The notes under the pieces are model-generated. The model saw nothing but the letters and a program-made list of their open reading frames with translations. It did no database searches and was not told the DNA's origin. From a virus (lineage: Duplodnaviria > Caudoviricetes): a DNA stretch of 64,000 nt. The stretch lies in the IMG/VR virus record IMGVR_UViG_3300027759_000043. One strand, 5' to 3'. Position 1 is the first letter of the stretch. Each line of letters begins with the position of its first letter. Below, in pieces: positions 1 through 8,520 of the stretch. A program made the translations under genes and the position numbers.

Positions 1-2
1 GC

Positions 3-695
3 AATCGCTTTCATGATTTCTTTCAACGCTGTCATGCAAGATTCCCACATGTGATTTACATTGTGGGCAATCACGAATACTACCATGGTGACTTTGGCAC
101 TGCTCTTGCACATCTAAAGGATGTGCTGGGCTACTTGCCCAATTTGCACATTCTAGAAAAAGAGTCAATCACTATCGGCGATGTCACATTCTTGTGTGGT
201 ACTCTATGGACCGATATGAATCAGGAAGATCCAGACACCTTGTATCGCATTCGCAGTTACATGAATGACTTTAGAATCATCCGGGACAGTCGCTATCCTG
301 TGCATTACAAGGACAGCGAAGGCAAACACCACACACGTGAGGGCCGATTCAGTCCCGAAATCAGTGTGGAAGAACACCGGGCCATGGTGAAGTTTGTAAA
401 GGAGTCAGTTGACGCTGACCCCACTGCTCGGTATGTGGTTGTTGGTCATCACTCGCCTAGCAGATCAAGTACTCACCCACAGTATGCAGATCAAACCATG
501 GTGAATGGTGCTTACAGTAGCGACTTGGATCAGTTTATCCTTGATCGCCCACAAATCAAATTGTGGACACATGGACACACTCATCATGAGTTTGACTACA
601 TGATTGGCTCGTGCCGTGTGGTGTGTAACCCACGTGGTTATGATGGATATGAACAACAGGCAGAACAATGGCAACTAAAAACAGTGGATATCTAA
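3..695 (+). CDS. Calcineurin-like metallophosphoesterase (5'-truncated by window edge)
   Basis: Frame is open from base 3 (NRFHDFFQRC...). GNHE, VGHH and LWTHGHTH motifs are present. Confidence 0.9.
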   Translation, partial: NRFHDFFQRCHARFPHVIYIVGNHEYYHGDFGTALAHLKDVLGYLPNLHILEKESITIGDVTFLCGTLWTDMNQEDPDTLYRIRSYMNDFRIIRDSRYPVHYKDSEGKHHTREGRFSPEISVEEHRAMVKFVKESVDADPTARYVVVGHHSPSRSSTHPQYADQTMVNGAYSSDLDQFILDRPQIKLWTHGHTHHEFDYMIGSCRVVCNPRGYDGYEQQAEQWQLKTVDI

Positions 696-874
696 AATGG
701 TTGCGTTACAGTGGTGTCAGCATCATTGTAACGCTTAACCCACTGCATTGGCGCTGGGTGCCACAAGCACGTTGCGAACGCAATACTGAGTGGCCCAGTC
801 CCAATGAGGTCACATACATGGCAAGTTGGTTGTTTTTGACCATACGTGGTTGGGTTGACAATGGAGATTGGTAG
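668..874 (+). CDS. Small hypothetical phage protein
   Basis: 68-aa ORF overlapping the upstream stop, co-oriented in a gene-dense run. Confidence 0.65.
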   Translation: MATKNSGYLKWLRYSGVSIIVTLNPLHWRWVPQARCERNTEWPSPNEVTYMASWLFLTIRGWVDNGDW

Positions 875-1026
875 TGCGAGATCTAGTGTCATACATAGTT
901 TATGCCATACTCATGGTATTGCTGTATATCAACACCTCTGTAGTAGGTGAAGATCGTGAACGTGCGGCATTGGATCGGGTACGCAACTCAAGTGGATACT
1001 TAATACGATATGAACAAACAGACTAA
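874..1026 (+). CDS. Small putative membrane protein (50 aa, GTG start)
   Basis: Read by hand: VRDLVSYIVYAILMVLLYINTSVVGEDRE...EQTD*. It fills the gap and has TAGTG stop/start overlap. Confidence 0.45.
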   Translation: MRDLVSYIVYAILMVLLYINTSVVGEDRERAALDRVRNSSGYLIRYEQTD

Positions 1027-1282
1027 ACAACTAGCAGAACAGGCAGGATTTGTCCTGGATGAATTACCAGACACGGTTCTACAGCCATTGGAAACATTTG
1101 CTGACCTATTGCGAGCCGCTAACACTCGTGAAGTGATTGCATTGTGTGCCAACACCATTAACCGCAACCTTAACGAACAACAACAAAAAACAAAACGTCG
1201 TTGGGATATAGTAGAAGCCGTGGTAATCGTAACAGCATTGGTAGCCTGGGGTGCCTGGTGGTACACTCAATTACACACATAA
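1010..1282 (+). CDS. Hypothetical protein with C-terminal TM helix
   Basis: Hydrophobic AVVIVTALVAWGAWWY at the C-terminus. Confidence 0.7.
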   Translation: MNKQTKQLAEQAGFVLDELPDTVLQPLETFADLLRAANTREVIALCANTINRNLNEQQQKTKRRWDIVEAVVIVTALVAWGAWWYTQLHT

Positions 1283-1292
1283 AGGACCGGAT

Positions 1293-2006
1293 ATGAAAAT
1301 TTATATTGGCAAACCTCGAGATCACTGGATCTCACCTTACACCATATTGGATTACATGTTCTTTTGGACTGACTGGAGCAAGTGCAGTCGCGACCGCCGC
1401 ATTCGCACTCTTGAAGAAGAACGCAATTACGTGGAACATCCTGAGTGGGTAGAACGCTGGAGTGATCGACTGGAACCTGTCAGCCATGCTATTCGGTGGA
1501 TCTTGGATCGTGTGCATCCGGCCATCAACTATGTAAAGATTGATCGTTGGGATACCTGGAGCATGGATCATACCTTGAGTCCCATCATCTTGCCCATGCT
1601 CAAGCAACTGAAAACAACTCAGCACGGTGCAGGATTTGTTGACGATGAGGACGTTCCTGAAGAACTAAAAAGTACCAGCGCACCCGCCAAAGAAAACGAG
1701 TGGGACACTGATGCCAATCACTTTGCTCGTTGGGAATATGTGCTGGATGAAATGATCTTTGCATTTACTTGCAAAACAGATGACTCCTGGGAAGATGAGT
1801 TCCGTTCAGGCGAGATCGACATGCTGTGGGTACCAGTAGACAAAGATGGCAACGAGGTACCCAAGGGAGAACACAAGTTCTCTGAAATGAGACGTGGTCC
1901 CAACGACACATACAAGTGCGATTATGAAGGCATGCGAGTGGTTGAAGCACGTATACAAAACGGCTTCCGCTTGTTTGGCAAGTATTATCAGAATCTCTGG
2001 GACTGA
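1293..2006 (+). CDS. Conserved hypothetical phage protein
   Basis: AAGGA RBS at 1282-1286 before ATG 1293. Long ORF with TGATG coupling to the next gene. Confidence 0.8.
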   Translation: MKIYIGKPRDHWISPYTILDYMFFWTDWSKCSRDRRIRTLEEERNYVEHPEWVERWSDRLEPVSHAIRWILDRVHPAINYVKIDRWDTWSMDHTLSPIILPMLKQLKTTQHGAGFVDDEDVPEELKSTSAPAKENEWDTDANHFARWEYVLDEMIFAFTCKTDDSWEDEFRSGEIDMLWVPVDKDGNEVPKGEHKFSEMRRGPNDTYKCDYEGMRVVEARIQNGFRLFGKYYQNLWD

Positions 2007-2479
2007 TGGAAGAATCCAACTCCGCCAAAGGCCGGGACAGTTTTGATGTTGCAACCGGCAATACCTTGGTGCATTTTTTTAATCGTAATGTAACACCTTA
2101 CGCCACCAGCACACTAGGACCCAAGTTTGATCTAATACCTGTTGAAAAACAAAAAGATCTCATGATCAATCATGCCAGGATGTATGCCCAGCAAGAATAT
2201 GATCGTATCATGGAAATGGTCACAGTTCTACAACGACAGGCAGATGACATTAGACGCAGACTAGAAGTAACTGACGCAGTATATGCCGCAGAATACAATT
2301 TTCAGATTGTCATGGGCAACTGCTATTGGTTGGTTTGGCACAAGAGGTATGAAAAAACTCTGTTGGTACATAGCGGTCCTGATGACTGGAATACCGGAGT
2401 GCCGGAGGATTATGAATACATGACGCAGGTCAAGTACATGGGTGACCATACTTGGCAAGAAGTTGACTCCAAATTATAA
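2006..2479 (+). CDS. DUF2452-like protein
   Basis: AQQEYDRIMEMVTVLQRQADDIRRRL...YAAEYNFQIVMGNCYWL resembles DUF2452. Confidence 0.65.
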   Translation: MEESNSAKGRDSFDVATGNTLVHFFNRNVTPYATSTLGPKFDLIPVEKQKDLMINHARMYAQQEYDRIMEMVTVLQRQADDIRRRLEVTDAVYAAEYNFQIVMGNCYWLVWHKRYEKTLLVHSGPDDWNTGVPEDYEYMTQVKYMGDHTWQEVDSKL

Positions 2480-2491
2480 ATGTGTTACAAT
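2463..2491 (+). promoter_or_regulatory. Sigma70-type early promoter
   Basis: TTGACT-17 nt-TACAAT with a TG extension. Confidence 0.75.
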
Positions 2492-2496
2492 ACGAT

Positions 2497-2676
2497 ATGA
2501 CTACTATAACTGTTGAAGGTGCCGATCGAGCAATTGATGCGGGCATATGGCTTAATGAACAATGTATAGACTATCAAATTGATATGGAGCAAGTTTGGAC
2601 TAAGACCGAGCCTCGATATCAATTTCAATTTTCTAACACTAAAGACGCAACACACTTTGCATTACGATGGCGATAA
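2497..2676 (+). CDS. Small FxLRW-family protein 1
   Basis: Ends FQFSNTKDATHFALRWR. ATG 2497 lies at the predicted TSS (alternative GTG 2482). Confidence 0.75.
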   Translation: MTTITVEGADRAIDAGIWLNEQCIDYQIDMEQVWTKTEPRYQFQFSNTKDATHFALRWR

Positions 2677-2679
2677 GGT

Positions 2680-2907
2680 ATGTTCGAGCATGAACTACGC
2701 ATAGAACATGCCAGTCCCGACGACGGCATACGTTGGAGCCATGAATTGCAATGGTCCGGATTGATTCAGGGTCAAGACTATGTATGGCAGTACGTGCCGG
2801 CCTGGGATGACAACTTTGGATCACACACATCGCCTCGAGCCGTGGTGTTTGCATTTAGCAATCCTGCCATGGCCACATTTTACCAATTGAAATGGCAACA
2901 CACTTGA
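2680..2907 (+). CDS. Small FxLRW-family protein 2
   Basis: Ends FAFSNPAMATFYQLKWQHT. Confidence 0.75.
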   Translation: MFEHELRIEHASPDDGIRWSHELQWSGLIQGQDYVWQYVPAWDDNFGSHTSPRAVVFAFSNPAMATFYQLKWQHT

Positions 2908-3125
2908 TGAAACAACACATGTTACCTGAAACTGCTAGGATGTTTAGTCTGTGTGTGCATTGTGTGACTCCACGAAAAGATGCATACGGGCCAGACATCA
3001 TGCGTTGGCTCACTGAAAATATAGCAAAAACAGAAGCAGGGTTCAGGCCCTGGACTAGAACAGATCGAGAATTCAAATTCATGCACGAGCGTGATGCTAT
3101 AATGTTTGCACTCCGATGGTCATGA
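2907..3125 (+). CDS. Small FxLRW-family protein 3
   Basis: TGATG coupling. Ends FKFMHERDAIMFALRWS. Confidence 0.75.
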   Translation: MKQHMLPETARMFSLCVHCVTPRKDAYGPDIMRWLTENIAKTEAGFRPWTRTDREFKFMHERDAIMFALRWS

Positions 3126-3313
3126 CACATACAGTAAGAATACCCTGGCGAAAAGGCGACACCATCTCCAAGTGGGACGAAGTATGCATCTGGACCATTG
3201 AAGAATTTGGCCTGCCTGGCGAACGCTATACCACACACCCCACATCAGACTACATGGATTTTGTTTTCCAGCACAGCCGGGACGCTATATACTTCAAACT
3301 CCGATGGCTATAA
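3122..3313 (+). CDS. Small FxLRW-family protein 4
   Basis: ATGA coupling. Ends FVFQHSRDAIYFKLRWL. Confidence 0.75.
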   Translation: MTHTVRIPWRKGDTISKWDEVCIWTIEEFGLPGERYTTHPTSDYMDFVFQHSRDAIYFKLRWL

Positions 3314-3540
3314 AAACTGCTGAAGACACAATCCGACTGGGTGACAGTTTCAATCATGCCTGTAGAATTCAAAAAAACTATGGCGTGTTGGAAGAAATAT
3401 TGGCCTGGTCAAAAGAGTCATTGACTGCAGAATGGCGATGGCAATTGGTCAGTGTGAGTTCAGACGTCCGCCCCGGAGATTACATTTTCTACTTTGATAG
3501 CGAGCGTGACTACCTGGCATTTGTAATGAAATGGTTATAA
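3304..3540 (+). CDS. Small FxLRW-family protein 5
   Basis: Ends FYFDSERDYLAFVMKWL. Confidence 0.75.
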   Translation: MAIKTAEDTIRLGDSFNHACRIQKNYGVLEEILAWSKESLTAEWRWQLVSVSSDVRPGDYIFYFDSERDYLAFVMKWL

Positions 3541-3548
3541 GTAAAATT

Positions 3549-3836
3549 ATGCGTACACCCCAAGAACGAGACAAGAAAAATCTACGTATTCAACGTGACG
3601 AAAATGCTATTCGAAAGCAATCCAAGATTGCCCGAGCACATGGTATGGATGTAAAAGAGCCACACAAGTTCGCCAAGCATCATGCCATGGATTGTGGACA
3701 ACCAGGTTGTGTCTTGTGTGGCAACCCAAGAAAAACATTCAGCGAGTTGACCGCACAAGAAAAACGCCTGTTCCAAGATGCAGAACAGCCGCGTGACAAA
3801 CATTCAAACGGCTTGCCCCGGAATCAAGATGATTGA
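3549..3836 (+). CDS. Basic protein with putative Zn site
   Basis: HHAMDCGQPGCVLCGNPRK motif; rich in Lys/Arg. Confidence 0.7.
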   Translation: MRTPQERDKKNLRIQRDENAIRKQSKIARAHGMDVKEPHKFAKHHAMDCGQPGCVLCGNPRKTFSELTAQEKRLFQDAEQPRDKHSNGLPRNQDD

Positions 3837-4038
3837 CTTTGACATAACCATGCAAAGAATCAAGAACTTGGGCGAGTTTGAAGTTCAAGTCACTGTGCCT
3901 AAAACATTTAGTTTTCGTGGCCAGGTGCCCTGGGACATGCAGATACTAGGCGATCAGGCTTTTGTCACAGTGATCGCACCCAGCCTTACTGAGGCTCGAA
4001 GCAGAGTAGAAGAATATTTTAATTTCAAGGAAGAATAA
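3829..4038 (+). CDS. Hypothetical protein
   Basis: Coupled ORF MIDFDITMQRIK... Confidence 0.65.
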   Translation: MIDFDITMQRIKNLGEFEVQVTVPKTFSFRGQVPWDMQILGDQAFVTVIAPSLTEARSRVEEYFNFKEE

Positions 4039-4040
4039 AC

Positions 4041-4286
4041 ATGGACATGGATCAAGCGGCTGTATTTTTGGCCGGAAGTATATTGACAGCACTGGGGTTT
4101 ATTGTGGTATTGGTAGCCATAGTGATTGCCAACAACATCATACATCGTTGGTGGAAACCCTTGGGCTGGAACTTTGGATGGATCAGCGCACCCACAAGAT
4201 TTGCCACCCCAGAAGAACTAGAACAACCCCCAAAAATAGAACCTGTAATTGACAAGAAAAATGAACCGAAAGCAAAAACTAATTGA
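4041..4286 (+). CDS. Small membrane protein
   Basis: N-terminal TM (AVFLAGSILTALGFIVVLVAIVIA) followed by a charged tail. Confidence 0.7.
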   Translation: MDMDQAAVFLAGSILTALGFIVVLVAIVIANNIIHRWWKPLGWNFGWISAPTRFATPEELEQPPKIEPVIDKKNEPKAKTN

Positions 4287-4473
4287 GCAAGCAGGCTTCA
4301 GCCGGACCTTTGAAGCAGATAGATTGAATCACTTGATTGATCTCACAGTGAACCAGTGCATTGTTGCCATCACCAATTCTTCGCGAGATCACTGCCCCAC
4401 CACCTACGATCAGGATCAATGGGCCAGCACTATTGAACGCTGTGTTCGTAGCATAAAACAACAGTTTCGATAA
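4261..4473 (+). CDS. Hypothetical protein
   Basis: Overlapping co-oriented ORF; start 4249 or 4261. Confidence 0.6.
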   Translation: MNRKQKLIEQAGFSRTFEADRLNHLIDLTVNQCIVAITNSSRDHCPTTYDQDQWASTIERCVRSIKQQFR

Positions 4474-4475
4474 GA

Positions 4476-4504
4476 TTGACACACAAATATCCTTGTGTTA
4501 TACT
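4476..4504 (+). promoter_or_regulatory. Sigma70-type early promoter
   Basis: TTGACA-17-TATACT with a TG extension. Confidence 0.85.
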
Positions 4505-4525
4505 AGACTCAAATTGGAGAGTCGC

Positions 4526-4861
4526 ATGAGTACAAGTACTTTTGTTGTGGTTTGGGATAATTTGGGTTTGGAATATGTGGGCAACGTCACCGAGGACGAA
4601 CAACGCCGTGTGTGGGGCAAACTCAACGGCAAGCCTGTGCCAAGCCAACTGCCTAATGTGAATCATCTGTTGCTTCGTGCTAGATACAACAGCCAACGTC
4701 ACTATGAAATCTATTTGGTCAACGCCACGGATGGAATAACTACAGACGACATACGTGCGATGTTTGAGGCATCACCACAAACTGCCGCAGACACCATACG
4801 CACTCTTGGTCATTGCTACTACAGTGACCGAGTGAATAAAGATAAAATATTAATCACATGA
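4526..4861 (+). CDS. Conserved hypothetical phage protein
   Basis: GGAG RBS before ATG 4526; lies downstream of the promoter. Confidence 0.8.
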   Translation: MSTSTFVVVWDNLGLEYVGNVTEDEQRRVWGKLNGKPVPSQLPNVNHLLLRARYNSQRHYEIYLVNATDGITTDDIRAMFEASPQTAADTIRTLGHCYYSDRVNKDKILIT

Positions 4862-5415
4862 ACCAAAATATCATCGACGGCCTCAAAGCCTTTGACTGGC
4901 AAACCATTGTTGAATACGGCAACAGCCTTGACGATCTCAACAGCAGGCAATGGCGTTTTTTAAAAGGACTGGTGTGTGAACTCATCACAGAAAAATGTAG
5001 CAATGGTAACCTTGTCTATGTTGGCCAAGACCACAAAGATTTTGACTGGCCCAGGCACAATATCTCAATCTCAGTTGAATTAAAAAGTCAACTCAGTGCT
5101 AGAATGTACACCAAAAAAGGTCGGTTGAGAAAAAACTATCCCATCAAACTCAACAACAGTCACGGAACAAATGAAAAGAAAAAAATAGATGCCAAGGATG
5201 TGGCTGACATAATCATTGTGGTTCGTGATGATGGTGCGTTTATGATCGATCAAGCAACTGCAATCAAACATGCCAAACCAGCAGGTGATGGCTTTAATGT
5301 CACCGTCACCGGGGACGAAGTTATTGAGTTATCAGGTCTCGTTGTTCCAGACAAAGTATACACAACAAATCTCAAAGAAAAGATCATGACAGTGATCCGA
5401 GATTCTTTACCATAA
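4858..5415 (+). CDS. Possible PD-(D/E)xK nuclease-fold protein
   Basis: KGLVCE...KDFD...VELKSQ spacing resembles a restriction-endonuclease-like core. Confidence 0.4.
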   Translation: MNQNIIDGLKAFDWQTIVEYGNSLDDLNSRQWRFLKGLVCELITEKCSNGNLVYVGQDHKDFDWPRHNISISVELKSQLSARMYTKKGRLRKNYPIKLNNSHGTNEKKKIDAKDVADIIIVVRDDGAFMIDQATAIKHAKPAGDGFNVTVTGDEVIELSGLVVPDKVYTTNLKEKIMTVIRDSLP

Positions 5416-5424
5416 TGTAACAAA

Positions 5425-5442
5425 GTAGTACTTGAGTATTAC
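5425..5442. promoter_or_regulatory. Palindromic operator-like motif
   Basis: GTAGTACT-TG-AGTATTAC; exact reverse complement of 9069-9086. Confidence 0.6.
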
Positions 5443-5463
5443 TTTTGATTTTGCCATTTAAGG

Positions 5464-5492
5464 TTGACTTTTAATGGCGCCTATAGTATACT
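5464..5492 (+). promoter_or_regulatory. Sigma70-type early promoter
   Basis: TTGACT-17-TATACT. Confidence 0.85.
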
Positions 5493-5554
5493 TTGTTCTG
5501 TGTTAGCAATTAACACATTTTTTAACTTTATCGGCTTAGGCCAGAAAGACTACT

Positions 5555-5827
5555 ATGAGCGATACTTACACCGTTGCCGTTTTCAAAGATGAAACTTCTT
5601 ATAGCATGACCGTTCGCTGTCTTGCTCGCAACAAACATTTCAAGTACAATGTTGGTAACCCCAACTGCATTTACGACTCTACACAACCGGATCCCAAGAT
5701 GTTCACAATCCTGTTTGAGGGTTCTCAAACAGAAGCAGAGAAATTTGCTCATGTGATTGCGGCCGCTTACTCGTTGGTGGGCGTAAAGCGCGGACTTGTG
5801 AAAACTGAAGGAACTGACAATGAATAA
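5555..5827 (+). CDS. Hypothetical protein
   Basis: First ORF after promoter 5464. Confidence 0.7.
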   Translation: MSDTYTVAVFKDETSYSMTVRCLARNKHFKYNVGNPNCIYDSTQPDPKMFTILFEGSQTEAEKFAHVIAAAYSLVGVKRGLVKTEGTDNE

Positions 5828-6590
5828 AACAAACCACCGAGCCCTTGACGTTGAACTACAAAGACAACGTTACGGCGAAAACTCCGAACTACTCAAAGGT
5901 TTAGGATTCAACACAGATGTCATGAACATTCGACGTGTGGCCAGGGAATTAGCCACAGTTGATACTTGGCGTTACATGGAAACCAAAGGTCTTGAAGACC
6001 TCAAGGATTGTGTAACTGACTACGACTTGTATGAGTGGGTCACTAACACACAACTTGATCCCGCTTTGTTAAAAACAGGATTAATACTTGAGTTTGGTAC
6101 TGCAACTGGTCGCACACTGAATCAGTTTGCATATTGGTTACCCAATCAAACTATCTATGGTTTTGATGGTTGGCAAGGATTGCCAGAAAAGTTTAACGAC
6201 TTGGCAGAAGGACATTTTGCACAGGAGTTGCCTGAGGTACTTCCAAACTGTCAACTGGTAAAAGGTTGGTTTGGCAGTAAGCCTGCATGGGATAATTCTG
6301 GTATTGCAGAATTTACAGCACAAAAATTTGCTAGTGAGTGTTCGTTTCCAATTGCATTGTTGCATCTAGATGCAGATTTGTATGATCCAACTAAGACAGT
6401 TTTGGATGTATTTGCAAAACAGATTGTGCCAGGTACTGTGATTTTGTTTAACGAGTACTGGAATCATCCAACTTGGAAGAAACATGAATACCGGGCCTGG
6501 CAAGAGCATTGTAAAATGCATGGCGTTAAATATGAGTATATTGGCTATGCTAGTGATCATCAAGAGGTAGCGGTAAGAATTCTAAAATAA
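5820..6590 (+). CDS. TylF/MycF-like class I SAM O-methyltransferase
   Basis: LEFGTATGRTL, YGFDGWQGLPE, LLHLDADLY and ILFNEY motifs. Confidence 0.85.
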   Translation: MNKTNHRALDVELQRQRYGENSELLKGLGFNTDVMNIRRVARELATVDTWRYMETKGLEDLKDCVTDYDLYEWVTNTQLDPALLKTGLILEFGTATGRTLNQFAYWLPNQTIYGFDGWQGLPEKFNDLAEGHFAQELPEVLPNCQLVKGWFGSKPAWDNSGIAEFTAQKFASECSFPIALLHLDADLYDPTKTVLDVFAKQIVPGTVILFNEYWNHPTWKKHEYRAWQEHCKMHGVKYEYIGYASDHQEVAVRILK

Positions 6591-6617
6591 ATACATTTTA
6601 GAACAAAGGGTAACGGC

Positions 6618-7199
6618 ATGCAACTAAATGAAAGACTAGACCTTCAACAGGTGCAAACAATTGGCATTTTACGAGATGTACAAAATAGAAAAGTCGAACT
6701 TGAGTTTGAATCTACTAGAGAAAACTTTGACAGTAGAGCACGTAAATGCATCAGTGATGCCGCTACCTTAATTAATCTTGCCAAGGCCGGCAAAGATTAT
6801 AAAAAAAATAGACTGTATTTTTCTAGGTTCCAACCTTTCATTGACGCCAGAACGACTAAATTTGAAGTAGAATTAATGTCCCTCTATAGGGTTAGCACAG
6901 ATGGATCTCCAATTTCTACAGAGGTCAATCAAACCTCTAACCCTTCACCTGAAGAACTTGCTAAAAAACAACAAGAGTTAACGGATAGGTACAAAGCCGA
7001 AGACATGTTTGTTAATTATCTTAAAGATCCTAATAATCCAGTAACAATTGCATGGAAAGGCCTTACAAATAAAGCCGATGCTAAAGATCACATCATTGAA
7101 TTAATTCAATCTGGAAAGTCACCTGATGAAATTGCACGTGAACTAGGAAACGATCTGTATGAAAATTTTGTTACCCGATTAAGAAAACTTGTACCGTAA
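6618..7199 (+). CDS. Hypothetical protein, probably late
   Basis: TAAATA at 6588-6593 upstream; MQLNE N-terminus. Confidence 0.7.
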   Translation: MQLNERLDLQQVQTIGILRDVQNRKVELEFESTRENFDSRARKCISDAATLINLAKAGKDYKKNRLYFSRFQPFIDARTTKFEVELMSLYRVSTDGSPISTEVNQTSNPSPEELAKKQQELTDRYKAEDMFVNYLKDPNNPVTIAWKGLTNKADAKDHIIELIQSGKSPDEIARELGNDLYENFVTRLRKLVP

Positions 7200-7202
7200 A
7201 TA

Positions 7203-7231
7203 TTGACACAAAAAGATTTCTAGTGTATACT
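7203..7231 (+). promoter_or_regulatory. Sigma70-type early promoter
   Basis: TTGACA-17-TATACT. Confidence 0.85.
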
Positions 7232-7325
7232 AGAAACATGGTAGTGAATCCTACCGGCTAACCGATAAACAACGCTGTGACATAGGGTCACAGTATTGTA
7301 ATGGTTACGAACAAAAGGAAACATC

Positions 7326-8519
7326 ATGGCAACTGCCACACAAACCTACGCGGCTATAAAGAATGCCCGCTACACAAACTCCTCCTCTAATCTTGTTGAC
7401 CTAGTGCAACGCTACAACGACACTGTTGCCGCATTGCCAGTACAAGCACGCCGCAACCATCAAGCCAAACTCACCAAAGCACTAGCAACATTTAAAAAGA
7501 ACAACCCCGGACTCAAAAGCATTAACGATCCCAAGTTTCGTTTGTGCAAGAGCATTTCGGTCAAACTTAAAAGCATTCAAATTGACACCACCATGCAACG
7601 AGAACCTAACTTGCAGTGGGTTATCACCATTATCGAGAACTTCCGTGCATACCAAGCACAACCTATTCAGGTGTATGCTGTTGGCACCGCTGGTTATGGT
7701 GCGTGGGATGGCCAGCACACTAGCCTTGCACTTTACTTGATTGCCACACATGGTCTGGGCATGAACTTTGACGATGTTGAAGTACCTATCAACATTTACG
7801 ACATTGTAAGCCGTGGCGAGATTCGTGGTAACTTTATTAACAACAACACCACAGTGGGCAAGAATGCAGGTAAGAAGCCACTGGACATTATTGATATTTG
7901 GGTACAAATGATCTATGGTGTAGAAGTTGACGGTGTTACTGAACCGGAGTGGGTTATTGCCCATGCCAAGTGGAAAGCAATTGCTGACGCTGGTATGTTT
8001 TTGACTGCTGAAAAGTTCAATGACACTGAAGAACCGGGTGCCATTAGTCGTCTCAATGAGATCGCTGACGAAAGCATTTCAGTTGATACTGTTAAACGAT
8101 TTGCGGTATATGGCAAATATGTTGTGGACCTGCAACAACGACACATTAACACTAAGGAAATTCCTGTTATCATGGAATTGCTTAAATTGTGTCAGCAACA
8201 AGACATTGAATGGGATGACGCCACTATTGAAGATTTGGCTCAGCATTGTGTGGATTTGTTTGGCGCTAATTTTGACGCCGGGGGACAGTTTTGGAAACAG
8301 GCCCATCAGGCCACAATCAATGCTTACAACAAAGCCAACAGAGGCAACCCAACGCACTTGTGGCCCACTGCCCCTAAAAATAACAAGAATGTTGCTCAAG
8401 GTATTTCGTTTTTGTGGCATCAACTGATAACATCGTGGGTGCCTCAGCAAGGCAACGGGTTTAAGTTCCCCAAGCAACCATTCTCGGTGTACACACCTGA
8501 TGCCAAGGACTTGTTCTAA
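7326..8519 (+). CDS. ParB/Srx-fold (DGQHx) domain protein
   Basis: IQIDTTMQRE...PIQV...WDGQHTSLAL; AAGGA RBS. Confidence 0.7.
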   Translation: MATATQTYAAIKNARYTNSSSNLVDLVQRYNDTVAALPVQARRNHQAKLTKALATFKKNNPGLKSINDPKFRLCKSISVKLKSIQIDTTMQREPNLQWVITIIENFRAYQAQPIQVYAVGTAGYGAWDGQHTSLALYLIATHGLGMNFDDVEVPINIYDIVSRGEIRGNFINNNTTVGKNAGKKPLDIIDIWVQMIYGVEVDGVTEPEWVIAHAKWKAIADAGMFLTAEKFNDTEEPGAISRLNEIADESISVDTVKRFAVYGKYVVDLQQRHINTKEIPVIMELLKLCQQQDIEWDDATIEDLAQHCVDLFGANFDAGGQFWKQAHQATINAYNKANRGNPTHLWPTAPKNNKNVAQGISFLWHQLITSWVPQQGNGFKFPKQPFSVYTPDAKDLF

Positions 8520-8520
8520 T

